Shown piece by piece: positions 48,910-59,339 of a stretch of DNA of 64,000 nucleotides. How positions within the stretch are numbered: position 1 is the stretch's first letter; every line of letters starts with the position of its first letter. The DNA comes from Candidatus Latescibacterota bacterium. GTDB lineage: Bacteria > Latescibacterota > UBA2968. Below the pieces are notes generated by a model, which saw only the letters and a program-made list of their open reading frames with translations, was not told where the DNA came from and made no database searches. The position numbers and the translations under genes were made by a program. Where the stretch lies: assembly GCA_965204745.1 (NCBI GenBank), contig OZ242010.1:2048001-2112000 (forward strand), read 5' to 3'.

Positions 48910-49347
48910 CTATTCATACGACGCTTTGATCTCGTCGTAGCTTTGGCTTTCGTATTTGGAGGGGCATTTGGCGAGCATGGTTTCGGCGATGAAAATGCCG
49001 TTGGGGGCCATTTCGCCTTCGAGCACGACATCGGCACTGTCGCGGAACGTGTCGGGTATGACGCCGCTGTAGCGGATGGTGCGGTTGGTGGTTGCCGTGT
49101 CTCCGTCGCTCGGGTCACGGATTTCAAACTCGACCGTGCGGTTGCCATCGCGGTGGATGATAGAGCCGGGGACGACCTTGCCCGCGAGTTTGAAGCGCGT
49201 GTTGGCAAATTCGGTTTCTCGCGCTTCGAGTTCAGAGACCGTGAGGTAATACAGGGACATTTTTTCCGAACTGTACACGACCAGCGCGAGCAGGCTGAGG
49301 ACAATGACGACAAATCCAGCGATGAATTTTACTTTTTTGACTGACAT
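48910..49347 (-). CDS. ccmE: Heme chaperone CcmE, CxxxY type
   Basis: YSGVIPDTFR....VVLEG.....F.A..MLAKCPSKY. Confidence 0.92.
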   Translation of the reverse strand: MSVKKVKFIAGFVVIVLSLLALVVYSSEKMSLYYLTVSELEARETEFANTRFKLAGKVVPGSIIHRDGNRTVEFEIRDPSDGDTATTNRTIRYSGVIPDTFRDSADVVLEGEMAPNGIFIAETMLAKCPSKYESQSYDEIKASYE

Positions 49348-49473
49348 GGCAACCTCTGTGATCGTGGTATTTTACGCGGCGTTTCAGACGCCTAAAGATA
49401 GAGAAGTCCGTAGGTGGGAACAACTACAAAAGACGTAAGAGGCAAGAGGCAAGACGGGAGAGGTGGGCTGATA

Positions 49474-50340
49474 TTATTCCAATCCGAGTTGGGCGCGGTA
49501 AGCTGTGTCTTGGGGTTTGTTTTTGTTCCAGTAATCGAGCATGATGGCGTGGGTTTTGCGTGCGGTGGTCGTTAGCCAGCGGCCGCGGCGTTGGTGGGAT
49601 TCTTCCCATCCGAGGATGGCGTGGGGATAGGCTTTTTCAAAGGTGATTGACAAGTTGCGGTCGATGGACGTGTACGCGAGGGTATAGACCTGCGTGGTGT
49701 CGTGGGTGGCGAGTTCGGCATGGGCGGTTTGAACTTGGGGCAAGGCGTGTGCCAAACGCTGAAACTGCGCGCCCGGGATGATCTGGATTTCACCGCTAGG
49801 CAACTGTTCGGGTGCCAAGCGGATGCGCGTCCAAATTTCGTCTTCGAGGATGGCGTCGGGCAAGGTGAGGTCCCGGTCGCCTTCGCTTTGAAAATACGAG
49901 CGCACGGTCGCGTGGTAGTTGCCATCTCGACGGTTGAGTTGAATGAAGGTGTGCCCGCACCACTCTTGCGCTGTGCTCGTGACTTTGAGCGCGTGCTTTT
50001 GATCGGGCGCGACGGGGGTGAAGACCGAGGTCATGACGGAATAGGGGTACAGGCCGGTCGTAAAGTTGGAGGTCGCGTTGAGCTTGAGCACAGACACACT
50101 CGGCCCGTCGCCGCGTTCGCGTTTGACGTGTTTGTCCGCGAGAAAATCCTCGGTGACGAAAATGAGCACCGCGTCGCCGGCGTACGCGTCGCGGTACTGC
50201 GCCTGTTTGAGCTCGTAGCGCGTGATCTCCGCCAGGCCGGCGTACCACTGTTTCTTAAACGCCTCGTCCCAGGGTTTCACTTCGGCATGGCCGGGAACGC
50301 CAAAACCGACGCACAGAAAAAGGGTGATGAACCGTCTCAT
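49474..50340 (-). CDS. Exported conserved hypothetical protein
   Basis: Signal peptide; WY.G.AEI..Y.L.Q, IFVTEDF, VLKLN, QEWCG motifs. Confidence 0.75.
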   Translation of the reverse strand: MRRFITLFLCVGFGVPGHAEVKPWDEAFKKQWYAGLAEITRYELKQAQYRDAYAGDAVLIFVTEDFLADKHVKRERGDGPSVSVLKLNATSNFTTGLYPYSVMTSVFTPVAPDQKHALKVTSTAQEWCGHTFIQLNRRDGNYHATVRSYFQSEGDRDLTLPDAILEDEIWTRIRLAPEQLPSGEIQIIPGAQFQRLAHALPQVQTAHAELATHDTTQVYTLAYTSIDRNLSITFEKAYPHAILGWEESHQRRGRWLTTTARKTHAIMLDYWNKNKPQDTAYRAQLGLE

Positions 50341-50440
50341 CGCGCACTCCTTTTAGGGTACTGCGAAATTTCCGATTGGCCTTATATTGCGACAGGTGGT
50401 TGCGAGCAGGGGCGCGTCAATATAACGACTGAGGGAGAAG

Positions 50441-51937
50441 ATGCGACCAAATTTTTTGATTTTTTGCGTGGATCAGATGCAGGCGTATTGCCTGGGTTGC
50501 AATGGGCATCCCGATGTCAAGACCCCGCATTTGGATCGCTTGGCGCGGGATGGCGTCTTGTTTCGCCGCAATTATTGCTCGCATCCCGTGTGCCAGCCGT
50601 CGCGGGCGTCTTTGATAACGGGCTTGACGCCTTCGCAACACGGGGTCACCCAAAACGGCATGAGCCTGTCCGAAGAAATGCCGACCGTCACCGAAGCATT
50701 GTCCAATGCCGGGTATCGCACGTATGCGGCGGGCAAGCTGCATTTGCAACCCTTTTCGGGCGGGCCGTCGTGGGAAAATCGCCATCGGTGGTACAGCGGC
50801 GAGGTGACGCATTTGCCCGAAGGGTATTACGGGTTTGGGGAAACGGATTACGTGGGCGGCCATGTGAACTACGTTTGCGGGGATTATCGAAACGAGTTGG
50901 AACGAGAACATCCGCACATCGCGCAACCGGAGCATCCCAAAGCCAGTCCGATGGCGTGCATTCCCTACGCACAATTTTCCGCCTATCAAAACTTCGGGTA
51001 TCAGACTTGGAAAATCGACCAAATTCCAGCCGAGTTGCACTACAACCACTGGATCGCGGACCGCACGATGGCGTTTATAGATCGGTTGGGCGAAGATGAG
51101 AACTTCTTTGCGTGGTGTTCGTTTCCGGACCCGCACCATCCTTTTGCGGCGTGCAAACCGTACAGCGAACTGTACGATCCCGCATCATTGACCCTGCCCG
51201 AAACATTTTTCGCCCGCGAAAACCCGGCCGCGCACAGCGCGTTGCGAAAACAAGGCCCCGCGTGGTTCGATGGCGATGCGGATGATTTGCGGCAGGTGAT
51301 GGCGCAAACCTACGGCATGATTTCGCATATCGACGACAATGTGGGACGCGCTATCGACTTTCTGAAGGCAAAGGGCTTGTACGGAAACACGGTCATTGCA
51401 TTCATCGCGGATCACGGCGAGTATTTGGGATCGCACCACTTGTGGCACAAAACGCCCTGGCAGTGGGAAGAGTTGTTGCGCGTGCCGTGTATTTGGAAAG
51501 CGCCCCAAGGTCATACCGGTATTTGCGATGACGTGGTGAGCAATTTGGATTTTGTGCCGACCGTGTTGGATTACGCGGGCGTCGATCAAATTGCCATGCG
51601 ATTTCGGCGAGACGACTGGGCAGTTGCCGGCTTTGAATTGCCCGGGCGATCCCTTCGACCGCGTATCAGCGAGGGGGCCGATCTTTCGGATCGCCCGGCA
51701 TTTGTCGAGATGGGATCGATCCGCACCTCGATCACACAACGCCATAAAATCGTCGTGGATGCCTCGGCCCTCGGGCACAACGCGCTCATCGATTTGGAAC
51801 GCGATCCGCATGAAAAAACAAATTTGTGGGATCATCCGGAAGCGCGGGACATAAAAACCGACCTGCTGACGCGCCTGATGCGCGAGAGCATCCGCTACAC
51901 GCGCATGGACAATCCCAGAATCACGGCGTCGGCATAA
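50441..51937 (+). CDS. Sulfatase (Cys-type, formylglycine-dependent)
   Basis: RPNFL...DQ, CQPSRASLITG, GKLHL, PHHPF, DHGE. Confidence 0.93.
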   Translation: MRPNFLIFCVDQMQAYCLGCNGHPDVKTPHLDRLARDGVLFRRNYCSHPVCQPSRASLITGLTPSQHGVTQNGMSLSEEMPTVTEALSNAGYRTYAAGKLHLQPFSGGPSWENRHRWYSGEVTHLPEGYYGFGETDYVGGHVNYVCGDYRNELEREHPHIAQPEHPKASPMACIPYAQFSAYQNFGYQTWKIDQIPAELHYNHWIADRTMAFIDRLGEDENFFAWCSFPDPHHPFAACKPYSELYDPASLTLPETFFARENPAAHSALRKQGPAWFDGDADDLRQVMAQTYGMISHIDDNVGRAIDFLKAKGLYGNTVIAFIADHGEYLGSHHLWHKTPWQWEELLRVPCIWKAPQGHTGICDDVVSNLDFVPTVLDYAGVDQIAMRFRRDDWAVAGFELPGRSLRPRISEGADLSDRPAFVEMGSIRTSITQRHKIVVDASALGHNALIDLERDPHEKTNLWDHPEARDIKTDLLTRLMRESIRYTRMDNPRITASA

Positions 51938-51964
51938 GAACCCGACCTTTTCAAAGGAGAGACG

Positions 51965-53371
51965 ATGTCCAACCAACCCAATGTCATTGTGTTTTTCACG
52001 GATCAACAGCGCTGGGATTGCATGGCCGCGCATGGCAATCCCTTGGGGATTACGCCCAATTTGGACCGCGCAGCGCGGGATGGCACGCATGTGTACAACA
52101 GCTTTACCTGCCAACCCGTGTGCGGCCCGGCGCGGGCGTGTTTGCAAACCGGGATGTACGCGAGCGAAACCGGGGTGTATCGCAATGGCCTCGGCCTGAA
52201 CCCGGATCACGAGACCCTGGCGCAGTGTTTTCACGATTCGGGCTATCACACGGGCTATATCGGCAAGTGGCATCTGGCGACAGGTGTGCGCGGTGCCGTG
52301 CCCGAAGCCCAGCGCGGAGGGTACCAGTATTGGCTTGCGGCTAATGCGCTGGAAGCGACGTCCGATGCTTATGACTGCGTTGTGTACGATAGCGATGACC
52401 GAGAGGTGAAGTTGCCCGGGTACCGGGTGGACGCGCTGACCGACGCGGCGATTCGGTTTGTGGATGAACGCCAGGGCCATCCCTTTTTCCTGTTTATGTC
52501 CTTTTTGGAGCCGCATCACCAGAATCATTTAGACGATTATCCCCCGCCCGATGGGTACCGCGACATGTACGCCGGTCACTGGACACCGCCCGATCTCGCG
52601 GCATTGCCCACGCATCCGCAGGCCGAAGGCGAATATCCCGGTGCCGTGCCCACGGGCGGTAGCGCGCAACAACATTTGGGCGGGTACTGGGGCATGATCA
52701 AGCGGTTGGACGAGGCTTATGGGCGGTTGCTCGACGCGCTGAAAAGTTTGGGGTTGTTGGAAAACACGATTGTGTTGTTCACTTCGGATCACGCCTGCCA
52801 TTTCCGCACCCGCAACAGGGAGTACAAACGCTCGTGTCACGACAGTTCGATTCGCGTTCCCACCGTGTTGACCGGCGGGCCATTTACCGGCGGGGGCACG
52901 CTCGGCGAGTTGGTGAGTCTGGTCGATTTGCCCCCGACCTTGTTGGACGGTGCCGGGTTGGAGATTCCCGAGCAAATGTCGGGGCGGTCCATCCTGCCGA
53001 TTTTGGGCGGCAGGGGCAGAACGCTCGCCCGCCCTTGGCCGGATGACGTTTTTGTGCAGATTTCAGAGAGCGGTGTTGGGCGCGCGGTTCGCACCAAGCG
53101 ATGGAAATACGCGGTCCACAGCGATCAGTCACAGCCCGGCACAGCGGGCGCAGCGCGGTATGCCGAAGCCTATCTCTACGATTTGGAAGCCGATCCGTAC
53201 GAATTACGCAATCTCATTGGCCATGAAAGCCATCACCAGGTCGCAGACCACATGCGCGCGCGCCTATTGCGCCACATTCGAGAGGTTGAAGGCGAGTCCC
53301 CGCAGATCGTCCCCACGCACACCCGCCAAAGCGGTCAACGCCGCGTGTCCGCCGCCGAAGTGGAGATGTAA
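51965..53371 (+). CDS. Sulfatase (Cys-type, formylglycine-dependent)
   Basis: PNVIVFFTDQQR, CGPARACLQTG, GKWHL, EPHH, SDH. Confidence 0.93.
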   Translation: MSNQPNVIVFFTDQQRWDCMAAHGNPLGITPNLDRAARDGTHVYNSFTCQPVCGPARACLQTGMYASETGVYRNGLGLNPDHETLAQCFHDSGYHTGYIGKWHLATGVRGAVPEAQRGGYQYWLAANALEATSDAYDCVVYDSDDREVKLPGYRVDALTDAAIRFVDERQGHPFFLFMSFLEPHHQNHLDDYPPPDGYRDMYAGHWTPPDLAALPTHPQAEGEYPGAVPTGGSAQQHLGGYWGMIKRLDEAYGRLLDALKSLGLLENTIVLFTSDHACHFRTRNREYKRSCHDSSIRVPTVLTGGPFTGGGTLGELVSLVDLPPTLLDGAGLEIPEQMSGRSILPILGGRGRTLARPWPDDVFVQISESGVGRAVRTKRWKYAVHSDQSQPGTAGAARYAEAYLYDLEADPYELRNLIGHESHHQVADHMRARLLRHIREVEGESPQIVPTHTRQSGQRRVSAAEVEM

Positions 53372-53454
53372 AACCACCTCCCGCGCCCGACCAAAGTGAG
53401 CGGAAAGAGGGGCGAGGCGGACTGACAACTGACAACTGACTGGAGAGACGAGAA

Positions 53455-54483
53455 ATGTACATTCAAGATCAAGTCCATTACGACGATTTGGGCGATGAAA
53501 TTTTGAGCTTTTACCGGGCGATCAGCGTGGATTCCATCCACCTCGAATTGCGGGGCGGGCGACCGCCGGCAAGCGCGGCGCGCAAGGTGCGCGGGAGCGG
53601 GACTGGGCAGGCCCATACCACACTCGCGCAGCGGATTCGCGCAGGGGAAGATTGCACGGAGGAATTTGTGCAGGCGCGGGAATTGGTGGAATCCCACGGC
53701 TTGAAATTGAACAACATCTTCATGCCGTGCTGGGAAGAGATCGCGCTGGCAATGGAAGACCGGGAGGAAAAGATCGGGTACTGGTGTCGGATGCTCGAAT
53801 CCCTGGGCAGGGCGGGCATCCCTTGGTTGGGCTGGAATTTCAAACCCATGGGCAATTTTCGCACGCCATCGGCCACGGGCCGCGGCCGGGTGACGTACAG
53901 CACGTTTGACTACGAATACTTCCGGCAGAATCGCCCCGAACAAGTCGATCCCCCGGTTTCGGAAGACGCGATGTGGGCGAATTTGGCGGTGTTTTTGCAA
54001 GCGGTGATCCCGGTGGCAGAGAAAGCGGGCGTGCGAATGGCTCTGCATCCGGACGATCCGCCCATTCCCGAACCGCTCGGAGGCATCGCGCAGATCTGTT
54101 CCTCACTCGATCAATTCAGGCGCACGTTTTTCGAGATCGCGCCGAGTGACAGCAATGGCATGTTGTTCTGTCAGGGATGCATGACCGAGTTGCTCGGCCC
54201 TGGGGTATATGACGCGATTGCAGAGATGGCGTCCAAAAACAAAATCGCGTGGGTGCATTTTCGCAATGTCAAGGGCCGGTTGCCGCGATTCGTGGAAGTG
54301 TTTATGGACGAGGGCGATATCGACATGAAACGCGCGATGGAGATTTACCGCGACAATGGCTTCAACGGCCCTTACATGATGGATCACACGCCGCGCTTTG
54401 CCCATCCCACGCACACGCAGTTGCACGGCAAAGCCTATGCCATCGGGTACATCCGCGCCTTGATAGACGACGTCTATGCCTAA
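53455..54483 (+). CDS. uxuA: Mannonate dehydratase (UxuA family)
   Basis: FLQAVIPVAEKAGVRMALHPDDPP, VHFRNV, MMDH.P, AYAIGYIRAL. Confidence 0.85.
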   Translation: MYIQDQVHYDDLGDEILSFYRAISVDSIHLELRGGRPPASAARKVRGSGTGQAHTTLAQRIRAGEDCTEEFVQARELVESHGLKLNNIFMPCWEEIALAMEDREEKIGYWCRMLESLGRAGIPWLGWNFKPMGNFRTPSATGRGRVTYSTFDYEYFRQNRPEQVDPPVSEDAMWANLAVFLQAVIPVAEKAGVRMALHPDDPPIPEPLGGIAQICSSLDQFRRTFFEIAPSDSNGMLFCQGCMTELLGPGVYDAIAEMASKNKIAWVHFRNVKGRLPRFVEVFMDEGDIDMKRAMEIYRDNGFNGPYMMDHTPRFAHPTHTQLHGKAYAIGYIRALIDDVYA

Positions 54484-54505
54484 CCGCCGATAGGGAGAAT
54501 GCGCC

Positions 54506-56782
54506 ATGGTTGGATTTGTGAAGCGGTACACGCATTGGTTGCACACGCGATGGCCGTCGGGCACAGTGGAAAAATTGCCAGAGATGAACGAGGACGGGTC
54601 AACCGCGGTGCCGGGCCTGTACATCGTGGGGGATTTGACCGGGATTCCGCTGTTGAAATTTTCGTCTGACACCGGCGCGCGGGCCGTGCGAACCATCGTG
54701 AATGACGCGGGATTTGAGAAGCGGACGCAACGGGATGGGGTGCGCGATTTGGCGATTATCGGCGGGGGCGTGTCCGGCATGGCGGCGGCCCTCGAAGCGA
54801 AAAAGCAGGGGTTGGATTTCGCGCTGTTGGAATCGTCCGAGCGGTTTTCCACGGTGGTGAATTTTCCAAAGGGAAAGCCGATTTACACGTATCCGACTGA
54901 AATGGTTCCGGCAGGGGATTTGCAATTTTCGGATCGGGCGGACGTGAAAGAGCGGTTGATCGAGGAACTCGAAGCGCGCACTGCCGAGGTCGAGCCCGCG
55001 ATTGCGCGCGCGGAATGCGTGCGAAGAGAAGGCGATGTCTTGCGCGTGGTCGTGCCCGATAGCGAAGACCTGCTCGCGCATCGGGTGATCGTGGCGATTG
55101 GCAGGTCGGGCAATTTCAGAAAATTAAATGTGCCGGGCGAGGAACGGGACAAGGTCGTGAACCGGTTGCACGATCCCAAAGAGTACGCGGGCCGAGATGT
55201 GCTCGTCGTAGGCGGCGGGGACAGCGCGGTCGAGGCCGCCATCGCCATAGCCGAGTGCGGGGGCCGCGTGACCCTGTCGTATCGGCGTGCGGAATTTAGC
55301 CGTCCCAAGCCCGAGAATGTGGCGAAAATCGAAGCCCTTCCGGAGTTGCGCTTGGCACTGGCGACCGAGGTGGCGCGCATCGGGGAGCATGACGTCACCC
55401 TGTCAACCGGCGCGGGCGAGGAGCGCGTGTCCAATGACGCGGTGGTCGCGATGATCGGCCGCGAGGCGCCGCTGGATTTTTTCAGGCGGTCGGGCGTGCC
55501 CATCCGCGGGGAATGGCGTGCGGGCACATGGGTGTCTTTTGCGTTGATCATGCTGGCGTGCGCGTTTGTCTATCACTGGAAGACCGAGGCCGGCATTCCG
55601 ATTTACGAGTGGTTCAAGAACGCGAACCTGTTTCCGTTTAATCTGTCGCCGGCTGACGACAAGTCGGGCCTTTTCGGCACCGTTTGGACGTCGATGACGC
55701 AACCGGGATTTTACTATTCGCTGGCCTATTGCGCGTGCGTGGTCGGGTTTGGGATTCGCAGAATCAGGCGGCGGCAAACGCCTTATGTCACCGTGCAAAC
55801 CCTAACGCTGATGCTCATTCAGTGCATTCCCCTGTTTTTGTTGCCCTACATTTTATTGCCGTGGCTGGGGCACAATGGCTTCTTTTTTACGGGCGAGGTT
55901 CTCAAGCCCATGGCCGACGCGCTGTTTCCCGCGACAAAGTGGGATGCACACGGCAGGGAATACTGGCGCAGTTTGGGCTTTGTGTTGGCGTGGCCCCTGT
56001 TCTTCTGGAACGCGTTCACACACGAACCCTTGGGATGGTGGCTGGGCATCGGTTTGGTGCAGACCTTTGTGCTGATTCCCCTGCTGATTTGGCGATGGGG
56101 CAAGGGCGCGTATTGCGGGTGGATTTGCTCGTGCGGCGCGCTGGCAGAAACCATGGGCGATATGCACCGGCAAAAGATGCCGCACGGCCCCTTGTGGAAC
56201 AAACTGAACATGGTGGGGCAGGCGATTTTGGTTTTGGCCTTTGCGCTTCTGGCATTGCGGATCGCGAGCTGGGTGTGGCCCGGCGCTCAGTGGGCGACTG
56301 CGAGTTACATGGGCGCGTTTATGGGCCGCGATGCCCAGTGGGCCAGCCTGGGGTTTCCGCTGGCGTTTTTGAATTACCAGTGGTTTGTCGATTTGTTTTT
56401 GGCCGGCATGATCGGCGTGGGGTTTTACTGGCATTTTAGCGGGCGAATGTGGTGTCGGTTTGCATGCCCCTTGGCCGCGCTGATGCACATTTACGCGCGG
56501 TTTTCGCGGTTTCGGATTTTTGCGGACAAGAAGAAGTGCATTTCTTGCAACGTGTGTACGTCGGTATGCCACCAGGGCATTGACGTGATGAATTTTGCGA
56601 ACAAGGGCTTGCCGATGGAAGACCCCGAGTGCGTGCGCTGTTCGGCGTGTGTGCAGAGTTGCCCGACGGGCGTGTTGACGTTTGGGCAGATCGATCCCGC
56701 GAATGGGCGCGTCGCCCGAGAAGATGGGTTGGTCGCGTCTCGAGTGCATCTCGCCGAAGGCATCGAGCGCAACGCGAAATGA
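54506..56782 (+). CDS. FAD/NAD(P)H oxidoreductase fused to a polytopic NapH/FixG-like 4Fe-4S domain
   Basis: GGGVSG, VVGGGDSAVE, several TM segments, YCGWICSCG, WCRFACP, CISCNVCTSVC and CVRCSACVQSCP. Confidence 0.88.
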   Translation: MVGFVKRYTHWLHTRWPSGTVEKLPEMNEDGSTAVPGLYIVGDLTGIPLLKFSSDTGARAVRTIVNDAGFEKRTQRDGVRDLAIIGGGVSGMAAALEAKKQGLDFALLESSERFSTVVNFPKGKPIYTYPTEMVPAGDLQFSDRADVKERLIEELEARTAEVEPAIARAECVRREGDVLRVVVPDSEDLLAHRVIVAIGRSGNFRKLNVPGEERDKVVNRLHDPKEYAGRDVLVVGGGDSAVEAAIAIAECGGRVTLSYRRAEFSRPKPENVAKIEALPELRLALATEVARIGEHDVTLSTGAGEERVSNDAVVAMIGREAPLDFFRRSGVPIRGEWRAGTWVSFALIMLACAFVYHWKTEAGIPIYEWFKNANLFPFNLSPADDKSGLFGTVWTSMTQPGFYYSLAYCACVVGFGIRRIRRRQTPYVTVQTLTLMLIQCIPLFLLPYILLPWLGHNGFFFTGEVLKPMADALFPATKWDAHGREYWRSLGFVLAWPLFFWNAFTHEPLGWWLGIGLVQTFVLIPLLIWRWGKGAYCGWICSCGALAETMGDMHRQKMPHGPLWNKLNMVGQAILVLAFALLALRIASWVWPGAQWATASYMGAFMGRDAQWASLGFPLAFLNYQWFVDLFLAGMIGVGFYWHFSGRMWCRFACPLAALMHIYARFSRFRIFADKKKCISCNVCTSVCHQGIDVMNFANKGLPMEDPECVRCSACVQSCPTGVLTFGQIDPANGRVAREDGLVASRVHLAEGIERNAK

Positions 56783-56880
56783 GGTTGCCCCGCCGCGAAA
56801 TTTTTGTATGTTCCACGCGAGTTAGGAGTCCCTATCCATTCACAGAACTCCGCCGAGAGTTCGACACACAGGAGGTTGCG

Positions 56881-57525
56881 ATGTTGAAGGTCATGAGGGT
56901 GTTGTTGTTGGGGTTGATGGCGTCATTGGTGCTGACAGATGTGGGTTTTGCCGAAAAGTACCAGATCGACCGCTCCCATTCGACGGTCGGGTTTTCGATT
57001 CGGCACTTGGTCAGCCGCACGTCTGGGCGGTTCAATCAATTCAGTGGCACGATTGATTACGATCCGGCAGCCCCCGAAAAGATGATGATTCAAGCGACGA
57101 TCCAAGTGCAGAGCATCGACACGGGCAATAATCGGCGCGACGATCATTTGCGTAGCGCGGATTTTTTCGAGGTGGAGACCTATCCCACGATGATGTTCAA
57201 AAGCACATCGGCCATGATGGAAGGCGACAAAATTATGGTGACGGGCGATTTGACCATGCACGGCGTGACCAAGAGCATCGCGCTCCCCGTGACCGTGCTG
57301 GGCATTGGCACGCATCCGCAACGCAACACGCCGCTGGCCGGGTTCGAGACCGAACTCACGGTGTTGTGTTCGGATTTTGGCATCAATAGTTGGGCAAATT
57401 TTGCCAAGGTGCTCGGGGATGAGGTGCGCGTCAACATCACCATCGAAGCGGGGCCGCCCAGACAGGGGCGCGGGCAAGGCAGGCGCGGCGGCGGTGAAGG
57501 TCGGCAAGGCGGTGGCGAAAATTGA
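56881..57525 (+). CDS. YceI-family protein
   Basis: Signal peptide, YQID..HS.V.F.IRH, SIDT.N.RRD.HLRS.DFF, GDLTMHGVTK. Confidence 0.93.
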   Translation: MLKVMRVLLLGLMASLVLTDVGFAEKYQIDRSHSTVGFSIRHLVSRTSGRFNQFSGTIDYDPAAPEKMMIQATIQVQSIDTGNNRRDDHLRSADFFEVETYPTMMFKSTSAMMEGDKIMVTGDLTMHGVTKSIALPVTVLGIGTHPQRNTPLAGFETELTVLCSDFGINSWANFAKVLGDEVRVNITIEAGPPRQGRGQGRRGGGEGRQGGGEN

Positions 57526-57541
57526 GTTGGACGAATCGCAC

Positions 57542-57578
57542 AAAAAATCCCATCCTGAGTTCAGGGTGGGATTTTTTT
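57542..57578. terminator. Bidirectional intrinsic terminator
   Basis: AAAAAATCCCATCCTGA-GT-TCAGGGTGGGATTTTTTT between convergent genes. Confidence 0.85.
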
Positions 57579-57605
57579 ATTGTGCGGCCTCATTCCAAGG
57601 CTCGA

Positions 57606-59339
57606 TTAAAACCGACTGAAAAAGTCCCATATTATCTGATTTCCGTCCACGCCTGCCCTGTTGTTTGCATAGGGCCATTCGTGCCCGAAGTTTGTGATTT
57701 TGTAATACCAAATTTCAACATTGGCATTGCACTCCCGGTGCTTGTAAAGCGTGTTGTCGGAATTTATCTCGATGGTTTCGGTAGCCAGACATGAATTTTG
57801 TTCGCTCCAATAATCTATAATGGCGTCCATGCCCGGCGCGCCACCCCAGCCACTAATTGGAATAATTTCATCATCGACGCCAGAAAGTTGAAGCAGGGGA
57901 AACGGCGTGGGAATGCGGTTTTCCCAAGCAGTCATAGTGCCAATAATCGATGCGACCCCTTTGAATACATTTGGGGCGCCCATTCCCAACACATAAGCCA
58001 TCATACCGCCATTTGAAACACCGGCGACAAAGGTTTTCTCAGGACTTAAATTGTGTTCGGCCTGTAAAAACCGGGCCAAAGAACTCAAGAACCCAATGTC
58101 ATCCGCATTGCTTTTCGAGACCCCAATGTCATCCGCATTGCTGACATTCAACCAGGCATTCCAATGCCGCGTGCCTTCGTTATCTTCGCTTCCCAAGGGA
58201 TATACAACCGCGAATCCATTTGCATCGGCAGTGGCATTCAAGTTTGAGTACTGTTGTAAATATTCGGAATTACCCCCATAACCATGCAACATGACTATCA
58301 ACGGGGCATTCTCGGGCAGATCTCGCGGTTTATGGAACAAATAATATCTGGCGCTACCACTATAAGAAAATGCTGAGTATTCGCCGAGATCCAGATTCTC
58401 TGATTTATCGTCCTTGTCGTCCTCGCTTGATTTATCGTCCTTGTCGTCCTCGCTTGATTTATCGTCCTTGTCGTCCTCGCTTGATTTATCGTCCTTGTCG
58501 TCCTCGCTTGATTTATCGTCCTTGTCGTCCTCGCTTGATTTATCGTCCTTGTCGTCCTCGCTTGATTTATCGTCCTTGTCGTCCTCGCTTGATTTATCGT
58601 CCTTGTCGTCCTCGCTTGATTTATCGTCCTTGTCGTCCTCGCTTGATTTATCACTTTCTCCTAAGCGCGCAATCGCAAAATGGGTTCCGTCATAGGTGCA
58701 GTGAATGACATATCCTCCAATAGTGACATCGACATTCTGCCCGCTTTGGAGATAGCGCCCGGTTTTCGTCACCTCGTCGCTGGTGGTCACAACAACGCTG
58801 TTATCGATTCCAAAATCAAAGGTATAACCGAGGTTTTTATAGGTCGCGCTTAGGGTTAAACCATTGACCGCACCCGAGTTATCACGCATGAGCATTTTCG
58901 ATGATTCGGTCACGCGCGCCTTTCCGCCGATAGGCAAATTGAGCATCACCTCGTAGCCGCTGTTGACTGGAATGCTCGACCACGAATCGATCTCGCTCCC
59001 GTCTTGCCAGGCGCGGGCGCGATAATAGCCCGTCACATTGTCCGCCGCGATCTCCACACGCGCTCGCCCCATCTCATCGGTCATGCCCGACCACTGATAG
59101 GACGCTACCCGACCGGCAATAGCACGCGAAAAAGCCACCTTTGCCCCGCTTACAGGCGCGCCCTCCCGCGACAGATCGACCACCACCACGGCTTGGGAAG
59201 CGCGATCACTCGCAGTCAATTTGCCTATCGGGGGGCCTGTCGTCTCGGTCTGCGATTGGGTCACGCGCTCGCCGCCGCAGTGCCACATCAGGCTCGCGGT
59301 GAGGACGATCACAGCGAGCGTACGAATAATTTGCAACAT
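57606..59339 (-). CDS. Exported/lipoprotein esterase (PHB depolymerase/LpqC-like) with acidic repeat linker
   Basis: Signal with Cys (WHCGG); C-terminal PLIVMLHGYG, GFAVVYP, GVSNGG nucleophile elbow, GHEWP; RBS AAGGAG. Confidence 0.85.
   Translation of the reverse strand: MLQIIRTLAVIVLTASLMWHCGGERVTQSQTETTGPPIGKLTASDRASQAVVVVDLSREGAPVSGAKVAFSRAIAGRVASYQWSGMTDEMGRARVEIAADNVTGYYRARAWQDGSEIDSWSSIPVNSGYEVMLNLPIGGKARVTESSKMLMRDNSGAVNGLTLSATYKNLGYTFDFGIDNSVVVTTSDEVTKTGRYLQSGQNVDVTIGGYVIHCTYDGTHFAIARLGESDKSSEDDKDDKSSEDDKDDKSSEDDKDDKSSEDDKDDKSSEDDKDDKSSEDDKDDKSSEDDKDDKSSEDDKDDKSSEDDKDDKSENLDLGEYSAFSYSGSARYYLFHKPRDLPENAPLIVMLHGYGGNSEYLQQYSNLNATADANGFAVVYPLGSEDNEGTRHWNAWLNVSNADDIGVSKSNADDIGFLSSLARFLQAEHNLSPEKTFVAGVSNGGMMAYVLGMGAPNVFKGVASIIGTMTAWENRIPTPFPLLQLSGVDDEIIPISGWGGAPGMDAIIDYWSEQNSCLATETIEINSDNTLYKHRECNANVEIWYYKITNFGHEWPYANNRAGVDGNQIIWDFFSRF
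58401..58652 (-). repeat. Perfect 27-bp tandem repeat x9 plus partial, encoding SEDDKDDKS
   Basis: Unit TGATTTATCGTCCTTGTCGTCCTCGCT counted directly. Confidence 0.95.

Noticed and set aside
58401-58652. 27-bp repeat array considered as a CRISPR
   Set aside because: No spacers, in frame within a CDS, and no cas genes.
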